NCBI GenBank assembly: GCA_004764695.1
Contig: SMSO01000036.1
Location: 1,302,001 to 1,366,000 of the forward strand
DNA: 64,000 nucleotides
From: Schizochytrium sp. TIO01
Taxonomy: Eukaryota > Protista > Bigyra: Labyrinthulomycetes
Reading direction: 5' to 3'
Translations under genes and position numbers: made by a program
Shown: positions 45,255 through 57,947 of the stretch, in pieces
How positions within the stretch are numbered: the stretch's first letter is position 1
How the letters are laid out: each line of letters starts with the position of its first letter
The notes under the pieces: model-generated
The model's database searches: none
The model's input: the letters and a program-made list of their open reading frames with translations, nothing else
What the model was told of the DNA's origin: nothing

Positions 45255-47042
45255 CGTTCATACAATGTTGATGTTGGCTGTCTTTGGACTGTCGATAAGC
45301 AGAGTTCAAACCAAGAAATTCTGAGACCGAGGCAGACCTAATTGAGGCTGGAGGCGATGTCTGCCTCTCTTAACAGCCCACGGGAGCTTAGTCAATTATG
45401 AGAGAGACTATTGAAACCATTTCCTAACTTTTCGTGTTCAAGGTTTTCTTCGCTCAAAAAAGGTATTAATAATTCCACAAGTATCCATCAACAACAACAT
45501 TAAGTAATAATCTGATAAACCAATAGGAGGCTTAAATAGAATATTGTTTTTGCCATGAGTCTGCAACATGCCTTTGGCGGTCGCAAGGGTAGTCATGAAG
45601 CTTGTAGACCTCACTTTTCCGAGCCATATTGCTACCTTCTGGTTTGGGATTTTTTGTTCTTTTAATTAAAATCTTTTCAACTACCTGGAGAAAATATAAG
45701 CTACACACAGGGTCAACACACACACACCCCACTAGCTAGAAAAGACTCATATTCCATGCTCGAAAGAACTCCAGGGAGAGAGAGAGCTAGAACCAAGGAG
45801 GAAACAGGCGAAAATATGGGGTGAAATTCTAATTCTCCTCACAGAAATGTTGTTTTGGCGAGTGAGAAGGTTACTGCTACCTACTAGCTGGTACCTCCCT
45901 TCTACTTCTAGGGTGTTCTCGTTGCTTGTCACCAATGTGGTGGGATGGGGGTCGTGATGAAAAGTCATGGGAACAACCTCATCATGCCTTTTCATCAAAC
46001 AAGTACATCTAAAGGACCGTTGTCTTACAATAAATAGTTAGGCCCGGGATCAAGTCCTGGTTTCGTCATTTAGCCTATGAAATGTTATTATAGGAGCACT
46101 TCAACGAATTAATATGCACGATGTGGTGACTCAAATTATAGCTCACTTGGGTAGATCAAATATATCAGACACAGTTTATGTTACGATATGTGTAACACAC
46201 ATGGGAAGCTACTAAAAAATGTAAGCTTCTAAGGAGTTGACCTTGCAGGGCTGGTGCTGTCTATGCGAAGAGTGATAGGAAACCATTGCGAGGGCCAAGT
46301 GCAAAAATCGAATTTACTTCCCATAACTCATACTAACAAAGCGGTAAATATGCCTCAAGAAAACATTTGAAGTGACAATAAAGTGATTCTTCAATTGAAC
46401 TTGGCTATCTTGCTGAAAAAACATCATAATCTTATAATTGAAAGTTGCCGAAGTAACTGGTTTGGGCTTGGGGGTACATACTAAACCTATCTTCCCTTCT
46501 TTCCTATTTTATCCTAGAATCAAGGTAGCATTCGAATTGAATGCAAGTCCAAAGAAATGTTGATAAGGTCGATTAAAGATGTTTAAGAAGATCTCAAATC
46601 AGCTCAAAATTGAATCGGTTGACCAAGAATCAGAATACACATTTCGTTTGCAATGTTTCCGTTGTGAGAGGCGAAAAAAAAAAAAAAACCTTCTCTTCGT
46701 TTCTTACTTCGCTAATACAGGAATCTCAAGTGGTCAAAAGAGTAGTGCCGAGGATGTTCATGCGGGAGATTACTCGGGATGACTAATAAGAGTTATGCTT
46801 TATCAAAACACAAACCAAAGGCGCGCTGGACCAATGAAAAAAATATGAAATTTGGTACCAAAATCTAGAAATGATGTAGCACTAGTTGGTATTGACAGAA
46901 GCAAAACTAGAATTCTGAGTAACCTTTGCGGCATTGCTCGTTTGCATGGATCTCAGGAAAGCTGGGAAGTGACTGTATATTGGTTAGGTACATTATTAAG
47001 TGGTCTCACTCTCTTCAGAACCTCAATGATTAGGTGCTCACG

Positions 47043-48023
47043 ATGAGTCTATTATACGAGTCGTTCATAAAGAGAAATCAGACTACGACTCTGACACACG
47101 ACTCCAACTTCAAGGCTACAGCGCTATACAATGGTTTGGAGCAAGCGCATAAGGTACTTTCTGGTTTTTGTCTCATATGTTTGTTAGTAATGGCTAGCTT
47201 AGTTGTGTGGCAAAGTAGAAAGATGGATCGATCTGGCACGCAAGGGTATATTTTCAAGATTTTACTTTTAGATTTCGCACTTGTGCTTACAAATACCATT
47301 GTAATTTTTATTTTCGCCTTTGTCAGATTTACTCCTAATACATGGGCGTATTGCTCTATTGCAGGTTCGATTCCAGCAACCGTTTACACGCTGGGTCATG
47401 CATGCAATTATTTAATATTCCTCCAAAGATCGCAAGTTTACGGGCCAAATGAACCAGAATATGTCACGTACATTAGACAATTTGCGAAACTAGGAACATA
47501 TTCTATGATTGCATTCGGTTTGTTGATTGGTATTGTCCTGCGAGGAAAGCTTCTCCCCGATTACATCTGTGTGGAGATTTATCCTTGGTGGGTTAGTGCA
47601 GCTATATTAATTGCTGACGGGCTGTTATCAAGCGTTTTCCTTCTTCTATTTATCATTCCCGTCCGTGATCATGCAAAATTGTTTCGAGATCATCGTAACG
47701 TGTCACGAATCTCCAATAAGCTGATCGAAATTGCGCGTAAAAACCTTTTCTGGAGTTCAATCACGATTTGCACGACTTTCTTTTTTCTATTGACTTTGCC
47801 GGCAATAAGATTCGCTACGGAGCTAGATCGTAGAGAATCTCCAAATCACTACAGTTACTATTTAATTGATTGGTGTTTTGCTCCGGTCGATCTTGTTATA
47901 AACACATTTGCTGCTGTGAAAATTACAGAGGCAGTGTGGAGACCGAAGTCAGCACGGCCAGTGCGTCCAGACATCACTCGTTTCAGAACACTCGAATCTC
48001 TCACACAAATGACCGACGAATGA
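47043..48023 (+). CDS. 7TM GPCR-like protein, paralog 1
   Basis: Seven hydrophobic helices, an N-terminal NQT sequon, Cys at the top of TM3 and in ECL2 (RGKLLPDYIC), FLQRS at the end of TM3, DWCFAPVDLVIN in TM7. Confidence 0.8.
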   Translation: MSLLYESFIKRNQTTTLTHDSNFKATALYNGLEQAHKVLSGFCLICLLVMASLVVWQSRKMDRSGTQGYIFKILLLDFALVLTNTIVIFIFAFVRFTPNTWAYCSIAGSIPATVYTLGHACNYLIFLQRSQVYGPNEPEYVTYIRQFAKLGTYSMIAFGLLIGIVLRGKLLPDYICVEIYPWWVSAAILIADGLLSSVFLLLFIIPVRDHAKLFRDHRNVSRISNKLIEIARKNLFWSSITICTTFFFLLTLPAIRFATELDRRESPNHYSYYLIDWCFAPVDLVINTFAAVKITEAVWRPKSARPVRPDITRFRTLESLTQMTDE

Positions 48024-49712
48024 AGCCAAATGACCAGCAGCTGCTACGATAGTGCGGGGAGCTTCCAAAGCAATCATCTTGTCTATGAAGAAAGGCTTAT
48101 CATAGGTGTAGTCCAAAAAATATATATAATCTGATTCGTACTTTAAGGCACCAAGCTAAGGTCTCCAATGGCAAACCTTTTGTTGTCTCTTCATGCGACT
48201 ACGAAATAAAATGGAAAACCCCTGCTTTCTCTTTCTGCAAGAATTGTTCCTTCATTTAGGTAAAACTATTGGAGTCTAGAGAGTCTTCCGTCAAGGCACC
48301 ATCACAAAATACTCAGACTAACCTCCTTTAATATTATATATTATACCAACGGAGATAAAGCTCGAGCAAATCGTTCAGGAAAACCCCTGTAATTCTAATG
48401 TATATGAGAATTTATGTGTTCTTAAAATTCTCCTTCTGTCATCTTCATTATAGCAAAAACAGCGTTACGATAAAGTACAATCACTTTAACTTCAACAGGC
48501 AAACAAAAACTTTACGCGACTTGGAAAGAAACAGGGAGCCAAGAATATTTATTTTTTGTGTTCTCATAGATAGCTAGCTCTCTGTGATTTTAATGCAGGA
48601 GACATGTACATACAGTCACTATCACCCTAAGTCTGCTCTAGCTGGCTTACAAACATTCCTTTGCGTGATCGTCCATAGGATATCAATGAGGGCATTGCCA
48701 AAAATACATGTTGCGATTATAACAACAGTCTTAAGTCTCCAATAAATTATATATATACTTCGTCAACACCCCCCCAGGGAAACGTATTTGGAAATTGTCC
48801 ATACCTGGCGGCCCGGCCATTTAGCTATTTCGCCATTATTCTGGAAGTTATAGTTTTCTTTCAGAAAGGCCTAATTTGATAGCTCTTGCAAACGAATCCA
48901 AGTTTTGAAGATAGCAATCATTGGCATATTATTTAATGGCGTGCTCTTACCCTCGAATCATATTAGGCGTTTGAATGCTTGGGTCTATGTTTTGTGAACC
49001 ATTTTCACATTTGTAAAAAATTATTTTCTTCAGAACCTAATTACTAGCAAGTACTATTGTTTTACTTCCTAAAGGTAGCTGGTGGAATTAATAGATCCGT
49101 TGATGAAATCTGTAGCCCTTGCATCTTGAGGGAAGCTACATTGTGGACTGAGGAAGTCAGTACATTTGAATATTTTTGCGTAACAGTAGTATTAAATTAA
49201 AGAACAGTAACGGTTAAGCTCATATCGTTTGCTCATCTAAATATTCGCACACACTTTACCTTGATACAATGAAGTCCGCAAGCTACCTAACAAGGGGACT
49301 GACTACCTGTAACGAATGAAAACACACGACACTAAGACTACTGAGCCGTCAAAACTTCAAAATCTGCAAATGCAAATCAGCACAGTATTGTGACGTAGTT
49401 TATGCACTGCAAAATCATTGATTCGTGTTCTAAAAGCTAATCAGCAAAAGAATAGCCCAAGTCAAGGTATTGCCTGGTAGGGCATGGGCATGTCAGCTGG
49501 AACTCCTGCTGGCAGGTAACATTGAACCCTCATTTTTGTCTTCTCAACCTTATTCCAAAACCGAATTGGTGGGTGCCTGAGAAACAAGTGACTATATAAC
49601 ATACCGATGCGTTTTTGATCACGAGATATGCCATGATATTGAGTCAAGAATAGTAAGGCCAGAGTATTTAGTACGGAGCTAATTTAAATTCGCTGATCAA
49701 TATTTACTCACC

Positions 49713-50715
49713 ATGAGTGCCTTTTTTAGCCTTTACATGGAGAGAACACGAAACTCCACACTCATTACTGAAGAAGACTTTGTTGCATCGACAACGTACA
49801 CGAGCATGGAATACGCACATCGGATTCTATCAAGTATTTGCTTAGTTTTGATTTACACGATGGTTTCCTACGTACTTTGGAAAAGCCGAGGCGTGAATCG
49901 AACGCCAAGGCAGGCACGTATTTTCCGTATTTTGCTGGTTCTATTCACCCTTGTGCTAACGAATTCTTCAATAATTTTTGCGTTGGGAATCGTTAGGTTT
50001 TCACCTGATTCATGGGCTTGGTGCTCAGCGATTGGGACTATTCCAGCAACAGTTTATACGCTTGGACATGCATGCAACTATCTGATTTTTATTCAGAGGT
50101 CGGAAATCTTGGATGGGCGTGAGCCGAAGATTGTCAAATATATACGAAATATAGGGAAGTTGGGAGCATATAGTACTATCATCTTTGGTGTTTCTGTAAT
50201 CACCATTATAAGGGGTAAACTTCTACCTACTTACATCTGCGTGGGTGATTACCCCTGGTGGGGTAGTGTTATCGTGCTTGTCTCGGATTTGTCGCTATCA
50301 GTCACATTCTTACTTTTGTTTTATATTCCAGTACGAGTGCATGCCCGTAGTCTACAAACAAATTGCACTACTCCAGAGAGCACTTTAAAACTGATGGAGG
50401 TTGCACGAAAAAATTTAAAGTGGAGCTCTATAACTATTGGGAACAACATTCGTTTATCTCCTTGCTGTGTGCTCAATAAGATTTGTGACAACTTTGAGTA
50501 CTGGTTACAGCATTGACAGATATACTGCGTATTTTCTTGACTGGTGTTTTGCTCCAATAGACTTAGTCATTAACACATTTTCAGTTTTGCAGATTACAGG
50601 AGTTGTGTGGAAGCCCAAAGTACGGAATGTGGCTTCGGTAGTAGCTAGCCGGAGAACGGCCTCAAGCGAAAATAGAAAGACTGCGTCAGTTGTACCAGCA
50701 TCAGCATCAGGATAG
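49713..50715 (+). pseudogene. 7TM GPCR-like protein, paralog 2, with a +1 frameshift (pseudogene or sequencing error)
   Basis: ORFs 49713-50516 and 50437-50715 join into a 333-aa paralog if one G is removed from GGG at 50439-50441 (SITIG|TTFVY versus SITICTTFFF and SLTISTTLSY in the neighbours). Confidence 0.75.
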
Positions 50716-51998
50716 TTACAAATGTCAATCAGTGACATCTTAATGATTCATCGTTATTGTTGTTTATGCAGTCGACACTGATTTGTTCAGCCTTGTCAGT
50801 TGCTGACGAGTAGGGAAGTGTGTGAGTTGTTGAAGTTGAAAATCGAACCAACTAGAAATATTTGCATAACATCTATTGTCTTGATCAATCCGGCATGCTT
50901 GGTAGACTTTTAAGTTGTTCAAAGTATGGCCATGGGGTTTAGTATTTCTTATTCGGGAGAGTTTGACCCCTTCAGATATAACAGATTCTAGAGCACTGAT
51001 AATGTGTACTAGGTAGATTAAAGTATAAGTTGCCCGGTATGTTGGATAGTGCTGTAACACCAACCATTTTTTTTGTTCCCTGCGAAATAATGGATAACCC
51101 AATGGGAATTAGGGATGCTCTATTTGTTTCGCGGAGGTAATAAAGTCACGCTGTCTTTGCTCCTCATCAATAGTGCAGACAGAACGATAGTTTAAACCCG
51201 CCTCTATTACCACTTCCTTAAAAATGAAAAAAAAAAAAAATGGTCTTACTTTCGTCCTTTGGTTTGAGGTTATTTACCATTTGTGCAGCGAGTCACGCTT
51301 CACAGATAGGCGTTTGTGCGCATCAGAAACTTTGATTACTGGTGCAAAAACAAGTTTAACAGTCATGCTTGCATACTTCACAATAGATTAGACTGGACAA
51401 CTGTGGAAGTAGATAGATACTAGAAAAAAACGTAGCAATCACAAACGAAAAAAACTATAACATTAAAAACTCGGCACACACTCATTTGATAAGACTCCTA
51501 GCCCTAGTAACAAGGGAGGCAAGGAATGTTTACCGTTCGACACTTTGTTGGCGCACCAGGACGTGCTATTCCGAATTTTAATTTTAATTTTAAAACTACT
51601 TTAAATTTATCAGCTTTTGATCTGATTTGACAGTTCATTAATAAGTAGTTCAGATAGGGATAAAAGGAAGATCCGTTAGGATGCTGCGTGACCACTTATA
51701 ATGGTTATGTCTATGTAACTTATATATCAGATATTTTTTTTAATTAAAAAAAGCTCCCAGAGAAACCAGGAAGAGTGTTGGGAACTGGACCGCTCTTTCA
51801 ACTTTATCTCTATTCAAAGGTGAGTAAAAATTCCTATCGAACTACAACTAAACTAAAGGTATACCTTATCTTCCCACAATTTATAACTTCATGAAAGTAT
51901 TTGTGGAGCAGGGCAAAATCGTAATGGCTTCTCATGCTTGAACATCAGCAAACAAGAGGCAAACATAGATAATAGCGTGCGAAGACCAAGACAACACC

Positions 51999-53042
51999 AT
52001 GGGATTTTATGAGGATGCTTTGAAACGTACTCAGAATACAACTCTTACAATCGACCCAAACTATGAAGAATCACCAGTCTTTGACGCGCTCAGAAATCTT
52101 CAAAGAGCTATATCTAGCCTAGCGCTGGTCGTATTAGTATGTCTGATCCCGTATGTTTTGTATAAAAGTCGCTTCGTGAGAAGAACGGAGCCACAAGAGT
52201 ATTTATTTCGATTACTTAAATTTCTCTTTGCAGCAGTATTTGTTAATGCCCTTGGGTGTTTTATTCTAAGCATGATTCAATTTTCACCTGAATCATGGGA
52301 ATGGTGTGCTTATCTTGGTTCTATCCCTGGATTCTTGTTTACCATAAGCCACGCATTCAATTATTTGCTCTTCTTGCAGCGTTCTAAAATCACAGAATAC
52401 ACAGATTCTATTTTGTTACATAGACTGCGTTTAATAGCAATGATAGGGGCGTATAGTATGCTGTGCTTTTCAGGCTTTGCTGCTGTCCTCATTAGGGGGA
52501 AATTACTTCCAGATTATACATGTGTTCATACCTACCCATGGTGGCTTGGAGTCATTCTTCTGGTATCAGATTTTTCGCTCAGCACGGTATTTCTTTTGCT
52601 CTTTGTGATCCCAGTTTATATGCATACGCGAGCCATGCAAGCTTCAGAGAGCAATTCAAAGCTTATAAAGATCGCGCGTAGAAATCTTTTTTGGAGTTCA
52701 CTCACCATATCTACAACACTTTCTTACCTTGTATGTGTCACAACCTTCCGATTCCTCTTAGAATTTAAGCAAGCTGAGGTATACTCCTACCAGCTTTTTG
52801 ATTGGATATTCGCTCCAAGCGATTTAGTCATCAATTCCTTTGCAGCCATGCAGATTACACGTGCTGTTTGGAACCCCAAGGGTAGCCTGAGTCAAGTTAA
52901 GCCAGAAACAACGAAAGGAGAGAGGATCAGCCTACCATCCCTTTCCGCGGCTGTGCGGAGTAGTGCTCGAGATTCTCTCTCTGGTGATAATCATATCCAT
53001 GGAGTTATTGGTGTGGACGACAAGTTGGCGGGGAACTCGTAG
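51999..53042 (+). CDS. 7TM GPCR-like protein, paralog 3
   Basis: Same motifs as paralogs 1 and 2: NTT sequon, WEWC, NYLLFLQRS, RGKLLPDYTC..YPWW, IARRNLFWSS, DWIFAPSDLVIN, VWNPK. Confidence 0.82.
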   Translation: MGFYEDALKRTQNTTLTIDPNYEESPVFDALRNLQRAISSLALVVLVCLIPYVLYKSRFVRRTEPQEYLFRLLKFLFAAVFVNALGCFILSMIQFSPESWEWCAYLGSIPGFLFTISHAFNYLLFLQRSKITEYTDSILLHRLRLIAMIGAYSMLCFSGFAAVLIRGKLLPDYTCVHTYPWWLGVILLVSDFSLSTVFLLLFVIPVYMHTRAMQASESNSKLIKIARRNLFWSSLTISTTLSYLVCVTTFRFLLEFKQAEVYSYQLFDWIFAPSDLVINSFAAMQITRAVWNPKGSLSQVKPETTKGERISLPSLSAAVRSSARDSLSGDNHIHGVIGVDDKLAGNS

Positions 53043-54277
53043 AAAAATAATGATCTATTAAACTACTCTTGAATTGCACCTTCCATGATGAATAGAGTAC
53101 TTACTACATAGAAGTTTACAATGCGAGTTAGTTGCAAAGTAAGAATAACAGCATAATTCAACACGACTTGTCATGGTTCTCCAGAGCAGCTGGTATGAAA
53201 GAGATCTCTTTTCAAGAAAAAATGTTTGTAAATTCAATAATTAGAATCCAGCTTGTTGTCATGTTGACGACTTTGATTGGGCTATCACGCGCAATGAATA
53301 TCGCCTTTTTGTTTTTTCAATTGTATAAATTCCTTGTTGTTATGAGATGCTGAGAGAGCTCATCCTCCTCTCATTGGAAAGTCGTGTTACAAGCCTCATC
53401 ATCAACGTTTGGGTTCTAGCTCAAGTTAAGAATGTTTGCGTGCTGGGAATGTGCGCCTGGTCAAATAAAAGCTTGAATCAGTCTCCCAAGTTTGTCGGAG
53501 CCTAATTACTTTGGTTGCGCAGTTCTGCATTAGATGATTTCGAATAATAGGTTAAATCCAGACACATTGAACTGATAATACATGTACCCTCTACTATAGT
53601 TGCAACATAATACCGTGGGATCCTCTTGAAAATTGTAGAAGATTCGCTTTACCAAACGAGGGACTATATAGTATCGTTCCACTTAATTAATTAAAAATTA
53701 TATAAATAAATAAATAAATATATTAATAAATAAAACAAAAAATCAATTTGAACGGCACAAGAACGGAACGCCATTTTCAACGGCCTTATATTAACCACAT
53801 ATGTGTACTACTATCTAAGAACTCGAAGCGCTTCTCCATCAACTTCTGCACGAAAGAGGCTCAGTGCCGCATAAAGAATTCTACTACAGGCATCTCAAAG
53901 GATTCGAAAGGTCCAGGCTGTAGTGCGCAGCGTGCAGAGAGCTAGCCTTCGTCCCTTGGAGCCTGAGCTCAACCAACCTTTCGCGTGTCTTGCTCATCAA
54001 GAGTTTGTTGCTTCAAAGTTGGAACCAGCTAGGCTTGTTACGAAGTAGAGATAAAGTTATCAACGGCACTGCAGAATACAAGTGACAAAAGGCAATTAAG
54101 CAAGAAAGCAGGTGCGCCTTGAACTCGATCATCAAAGCTTATTTGCTCCAAAATCTGGTATCAGGGCCGCCACAGTGCGACGGCCAGCAGGGTTGGAGCA
54201 CTTCTCAGGACGTCGCGTGTTGAGTGCGACGAGTATTCGAGTATTCTCAGTAGTTTCTAAGAGATTTTGGAGGGAAA

Positions 54278-55384
54278 ATGTCGGATTCTGGTTTAACCAA
54301 GCGACTTGTCCCGCTCTTCACGGTGAGCGACAACCCAAGCGAGGTCTTTTCGACACGGTTTTCTCCGGATGGCAAGCTTTTGGCAGCAGGATGTGGTGAT
54401 GGCACAGTGAGGGTATACAACGCAAGTACTGGACGGTTGGCGTACGAGCTTCGTAATGGCAAGGGCAGAGAGGCCATGCCTGTGACTGGTATTCGATTTC
54501 GTCCTCTTGGGGCGTCTAAGACTAAAAATGTTCTTCTTGCCGTCAACGCCGATGGCTCCGTGTCTCACTGGCACGTTACTTCGGGAAAGTGTCTGCATAC
54601 CATCAAGCAAGAGAACAACCAGCTCTTCTGTGTTGACTATAGACCAGATGGAGCGGTCTTTGCCACAGCAGGTAAGGACTTCACAGTGAGAGTCTACGAC
54701 GAAGCGACAAAAACTCTGATGACGGAGATGCGCTCGGGTGTAGGCCTTAGCTCTCCCGGCCACTCTAACAGGGTTTTCTCGCTCAAGTTTAACCCAACAG
54801 ATCCCAACACACTCATTTCAGGTGGTTGGGATAACACCGTGCAAATTTGGGATTTGCGTCTCGAGCACGCTGTCAGGTCTATCTATGGTCCTCATATTTG
54901 CGGTGATGCTGTTGATATTTACGACAATACAATCGTAACTGGCTCATGGCGCACAAAGAACCAGCTAGAGCTTTGGGATTATGGCTCGGGCGAGAGAATC
55001 AGTGAAATCCCTTGGAACCAAAGTGTTGTTCACAGCAGTACACCCGCCATGCTTTACTGCGCTCAATTCAGCAAGGGCAGTGCAAACCTCATTGCCGCTG
55101 GAGGAACTGGGTCCAACGAGGCCAAGGTATTCGACCGCACCGCTGGAAATAAGCTTGTGGGTACTGTCGCAGGTCTTTCTCGCGGTGTCTTCACTGTGGA
55201 CTTTGATCCTTTTGGTACTCGTCTTGCTGTTGCAGGTGGCGACACAGCGGTACGCGTGCTTGGAATTGAGACCAAACACAGTGATATTGGCGCTCCGGCT
55301 GGCTATGGCGACCAAGAGCGATCGTCGCACGAGGGTAAAGAGTCTAAGTATGGCGGCTCCGAAGGTAAAGACGCCTACAATTAA
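54278..55384 (+). CDS. WD40-repeat protein
   Basis: FSPDGKLLAAGCGDGTVRVY, FATAGKDFTVRVYD, GHSNRVFSLKF...ISGGWDNTVQIWD, LELWD; about 7 blades. Confidence 0.92.
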   Translation: MSDSGLTKRLVPLFTVSDNPSEVFSTRFSPDGKLLAAGCGDGTVRVYNASTGRLAYELRNGKGREAMPVTGIRFRPLGASKTKNVLLAVNADGSVSHWHVTSGKCLHTIKQENNQLFCVDYRPDGAVFATAGKDFTVRVYDEATKTLMTEMRSGVGLSSPGHSNRVFSLKFNPTDPNTLISGGWDNTVQIWDLRLEHAVRSIYGPHICGDAVDIYDNTIVTGSWRTKNQLELWDYGSGERISEIPWNQSVVHSSTPAMLYCAQFSKGSANLIAAGGTGSNEAKVFDRTAGNKLVGTVAGLSRGVFTVDFDPFGTRLAVAGGDTAVRVLGIETKHSDIGAPAGYGDQERSSHEGKESKYGGSEGKDAYN

Positions 55385-55955
55385 AAGAACCATTTATCAT
55401 ATCCAAACTGAGCACTTCTCTCTTTGTGCATCGAAATTTCCTCCTTACAATCCATTTCTCTCACAAGTCTTATGTAAAAGCCCGCCTGATTACCTGCCTG
55501 TAAGCCGTCGTTCTCCTTGTTGCTTTTTACTTGTGGTGCGGCTGCTGAATGTCAGACACATTAAAATATACTTTCTATCTCAAAGCAACAAGCCTAAAAA
55601 GAAAACACACATCAATCTTTTTACGCATTCTTATATCCATGCTTCATGTTTTCTCTCCTCATTCCCATTTCTGCTCTTGGCGAGCAGCACATATTGTTTT
55701 TCCTGGTATCAAAGCACTTGAAGTAGAAAAACCTGCACAACCCAATTATGTACAAGTTGGGTTGTGCAATTTTTTTTCCCTTGCCAATTTTTCCCTTTGT
55801 AGTAAAAACAGAGTAAACTTTGGGGCGAATCAAATCGTCGAAAGCTTGATCTTCAAACCTCCGCCCACGTGTATGCAGTGCATTCTGACCGCAAAGCTCT
55901 AGGGGCTTTGAAGTTCCTCCAAGCGGTCGTTAATAGAATCTGCCCGGATCTCAAA

Positions 55956-56723
55956 ATGAGGCGTGGCAGCAGCGATAAAGCATCTGAGAGGCGTCATGAG
56001 AAACTTCGCGACTCCGATCCCGGGTCCGATGTGGAGGACGACGCTGTCTTGGCTCTTCTGCAGCGCCGTGCTCAGAAGCTCTTAGGCACAAACGGAGTTG
56101 ATCTGGAGGATATGCTTGAGAACGTTGCAGATGGCAAGCTGCGTATTGAAGGAAAGAGCGACCTGGAAACCGCTCAAGAGGTTCTTCGATGCGTTGCAAG
56201 CATTGCTAAGGCCCACAGAGCTCTTCAAAAGCGCACAGAAGAGGAGAATGCGGAGGATAGTGAAGACGAGGGGATGGTCTTTACCATGGCAACTTCATCA
56301 AGCCAAGAGAGCAATGTTGAAGACTCAGCTTCGATCTCGACTTTGAACTCAAAATCAGCTCATCCAGGGTCAAAATCTAAGTCTCTCCCCTCTTCACATG
56401 CCCGGGTTTACCGAAAGCGCAAGCGAAGCCTTGGAGCTTCTATCGGAAATAATAGATCAAGCTTAGCTGTGGAATCAAATAGCATCAATGAGCCTAAGTT
56501 TCTGAAGAGCGGAGCGGAAGATGAGGACGATGATGACACCAGCCTGGCCACTATTGCCAAGAAGGCATCAAGACGCAAGTCGATGTTTGCAAAAAGTTCC
56601 ACTTTGGGCCTTCGCCGGCGTGCAACGATCGATCCGCATGAACTGAACCGACTTCGGGAGCTCTACAATCAGGTAGATAAAGAGCCACTCACCGTGATGT
56701 CTCAGCAGACCCAGGAAGTCTAA
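55956..56723 (+). CDS. Hypothetical protein (charged, S-rich, basic NLS-like RKRKR)
   Basis: Open frame from the first ATG at 55956 (255 aa), coding-like composition. Confidence 0.7.
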   Translation: MRRGSSDKASERRHEKLRDSDPGSDVEDDAVLALLQRRAQKLLGTNGVDLEDMLENVADGKLRIEGKSDLETAQEVLRCVASIAKAHRALQKRTEEENAEDSEDEGMVFTMATSSSQESNVEDSASISTLNSKSAHPGSKSKSLPSSHARVYRKRKRSLGASIGNNRSSLAVESNSINEPKFLKSGAEDEDDDDTSLATIAKKASRRKSMFAKSSTLGLRRRATIDPHELNRLRELYNQVDKEPLTVMSQQTQEV

Positions 56724-57947
56724 CACGTTCTTCTCCATACTTGTCATTATATCAAAGAGAATTTGTTTCTTCCAGCAGATTCTACTTTGTACTTTTTAAC
56801 TCGACATTGTTTGTTCACCATATTTCTGTTCAAGAATCTCCCACTAGTAAGACTGCACGGAACGTATATGCATCAGCATGGGTTTTGGCTCACTTTTCGT
56901 AGCTCGTGATTCGACATTTATTTCATCTTTCATGTCCCAAAGGTCGCAGTATAGATAAACGCCAAGCGGCAGTACTACGAGAGAGCTATAGGCAATTGAC
57001 TTGCTAACCTTTGTAGACTCTCTCATTAGACACATTTTATTAGAGTCTGTAAATCAATGATATGCACATTTTCTGCTTGTACGAAATTATCATCGTTCGT
57101 TCTTGATCCACGAGATTCACCCCTGAAGTCATCCACCATCTTCAAATTCTCACAACTATAGAAATAAGACACACGAGGCCATTCTTCTCTTTTTCTCACT
57201 CACAAGAGCCTTTTCCTGTGAGCCTTCATGACAGATAACCTAAAACGCCATGCCTTCTAAAGAGCAAGCCATCAATATATCATCGCAGTTGATTCACATA
57301 TATCACACTTCCGGCACCTTTTTCTGTGCAGTCAAACGAACAAAGTTTCGAGCCTGAGTGAACGTGAGGCCAGGTAAAGACCTGCGTCTTTTTAGAAGGT
57401 TTCAACATTGCTTTCCTGATTCCCGTGATGGCTGATTAAGTGTCGCAAGTACCCACAAAGTAGGTACTACTCTCTTATGCTAGCTTCCGCAGTTCTTCTC
57501 AAGGCAACTAAGAAAGTAAGTAAATAGTGCACTTTCCTAGTCAGAGATATATGTTAAAATCTTTTAGCTTGGGTAGAAAGTCAGGACTAGAAAAAAGAAA
57601 AAAGATCCAATCAAGTCCTTCATGTTATGCTCCTAAGAGTCATCCCAGCGCTCTCATGGCTCTATTATCGCTATGTGATATTATTGTTCTATCCATCATA
57701 CCTTGTTTCTGTCCTTGTGTAAGTTGTAAACGCAATAACTTCCCTGGTTTCGATCAAATGAAGAGCTCAATTTTAACTAATTTTGATCTCAGGTTAAAGG
57801 TAGTAGATATGACCATTACTTAAAACAGTATGTATCCCATAGGAGTTCCATTGAGCAGCAGAATAGGTACCTCGCGCTTTGGAGATTCATCATTCCACGA
57901 GACGAGTCTATTCACCAAACCTTTGTGAACTTGCGCAGAAGCTGCAA

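Noticed and set aside
45990-46070. tRNA-like 3' end CCCGGGATCAAGTCCTGGTTTCGTCA
   Set aside because: No matching acceptor-stem 5' strand or D-arm was found and the T-loop is non-canonical. At most a degenerate remnant.
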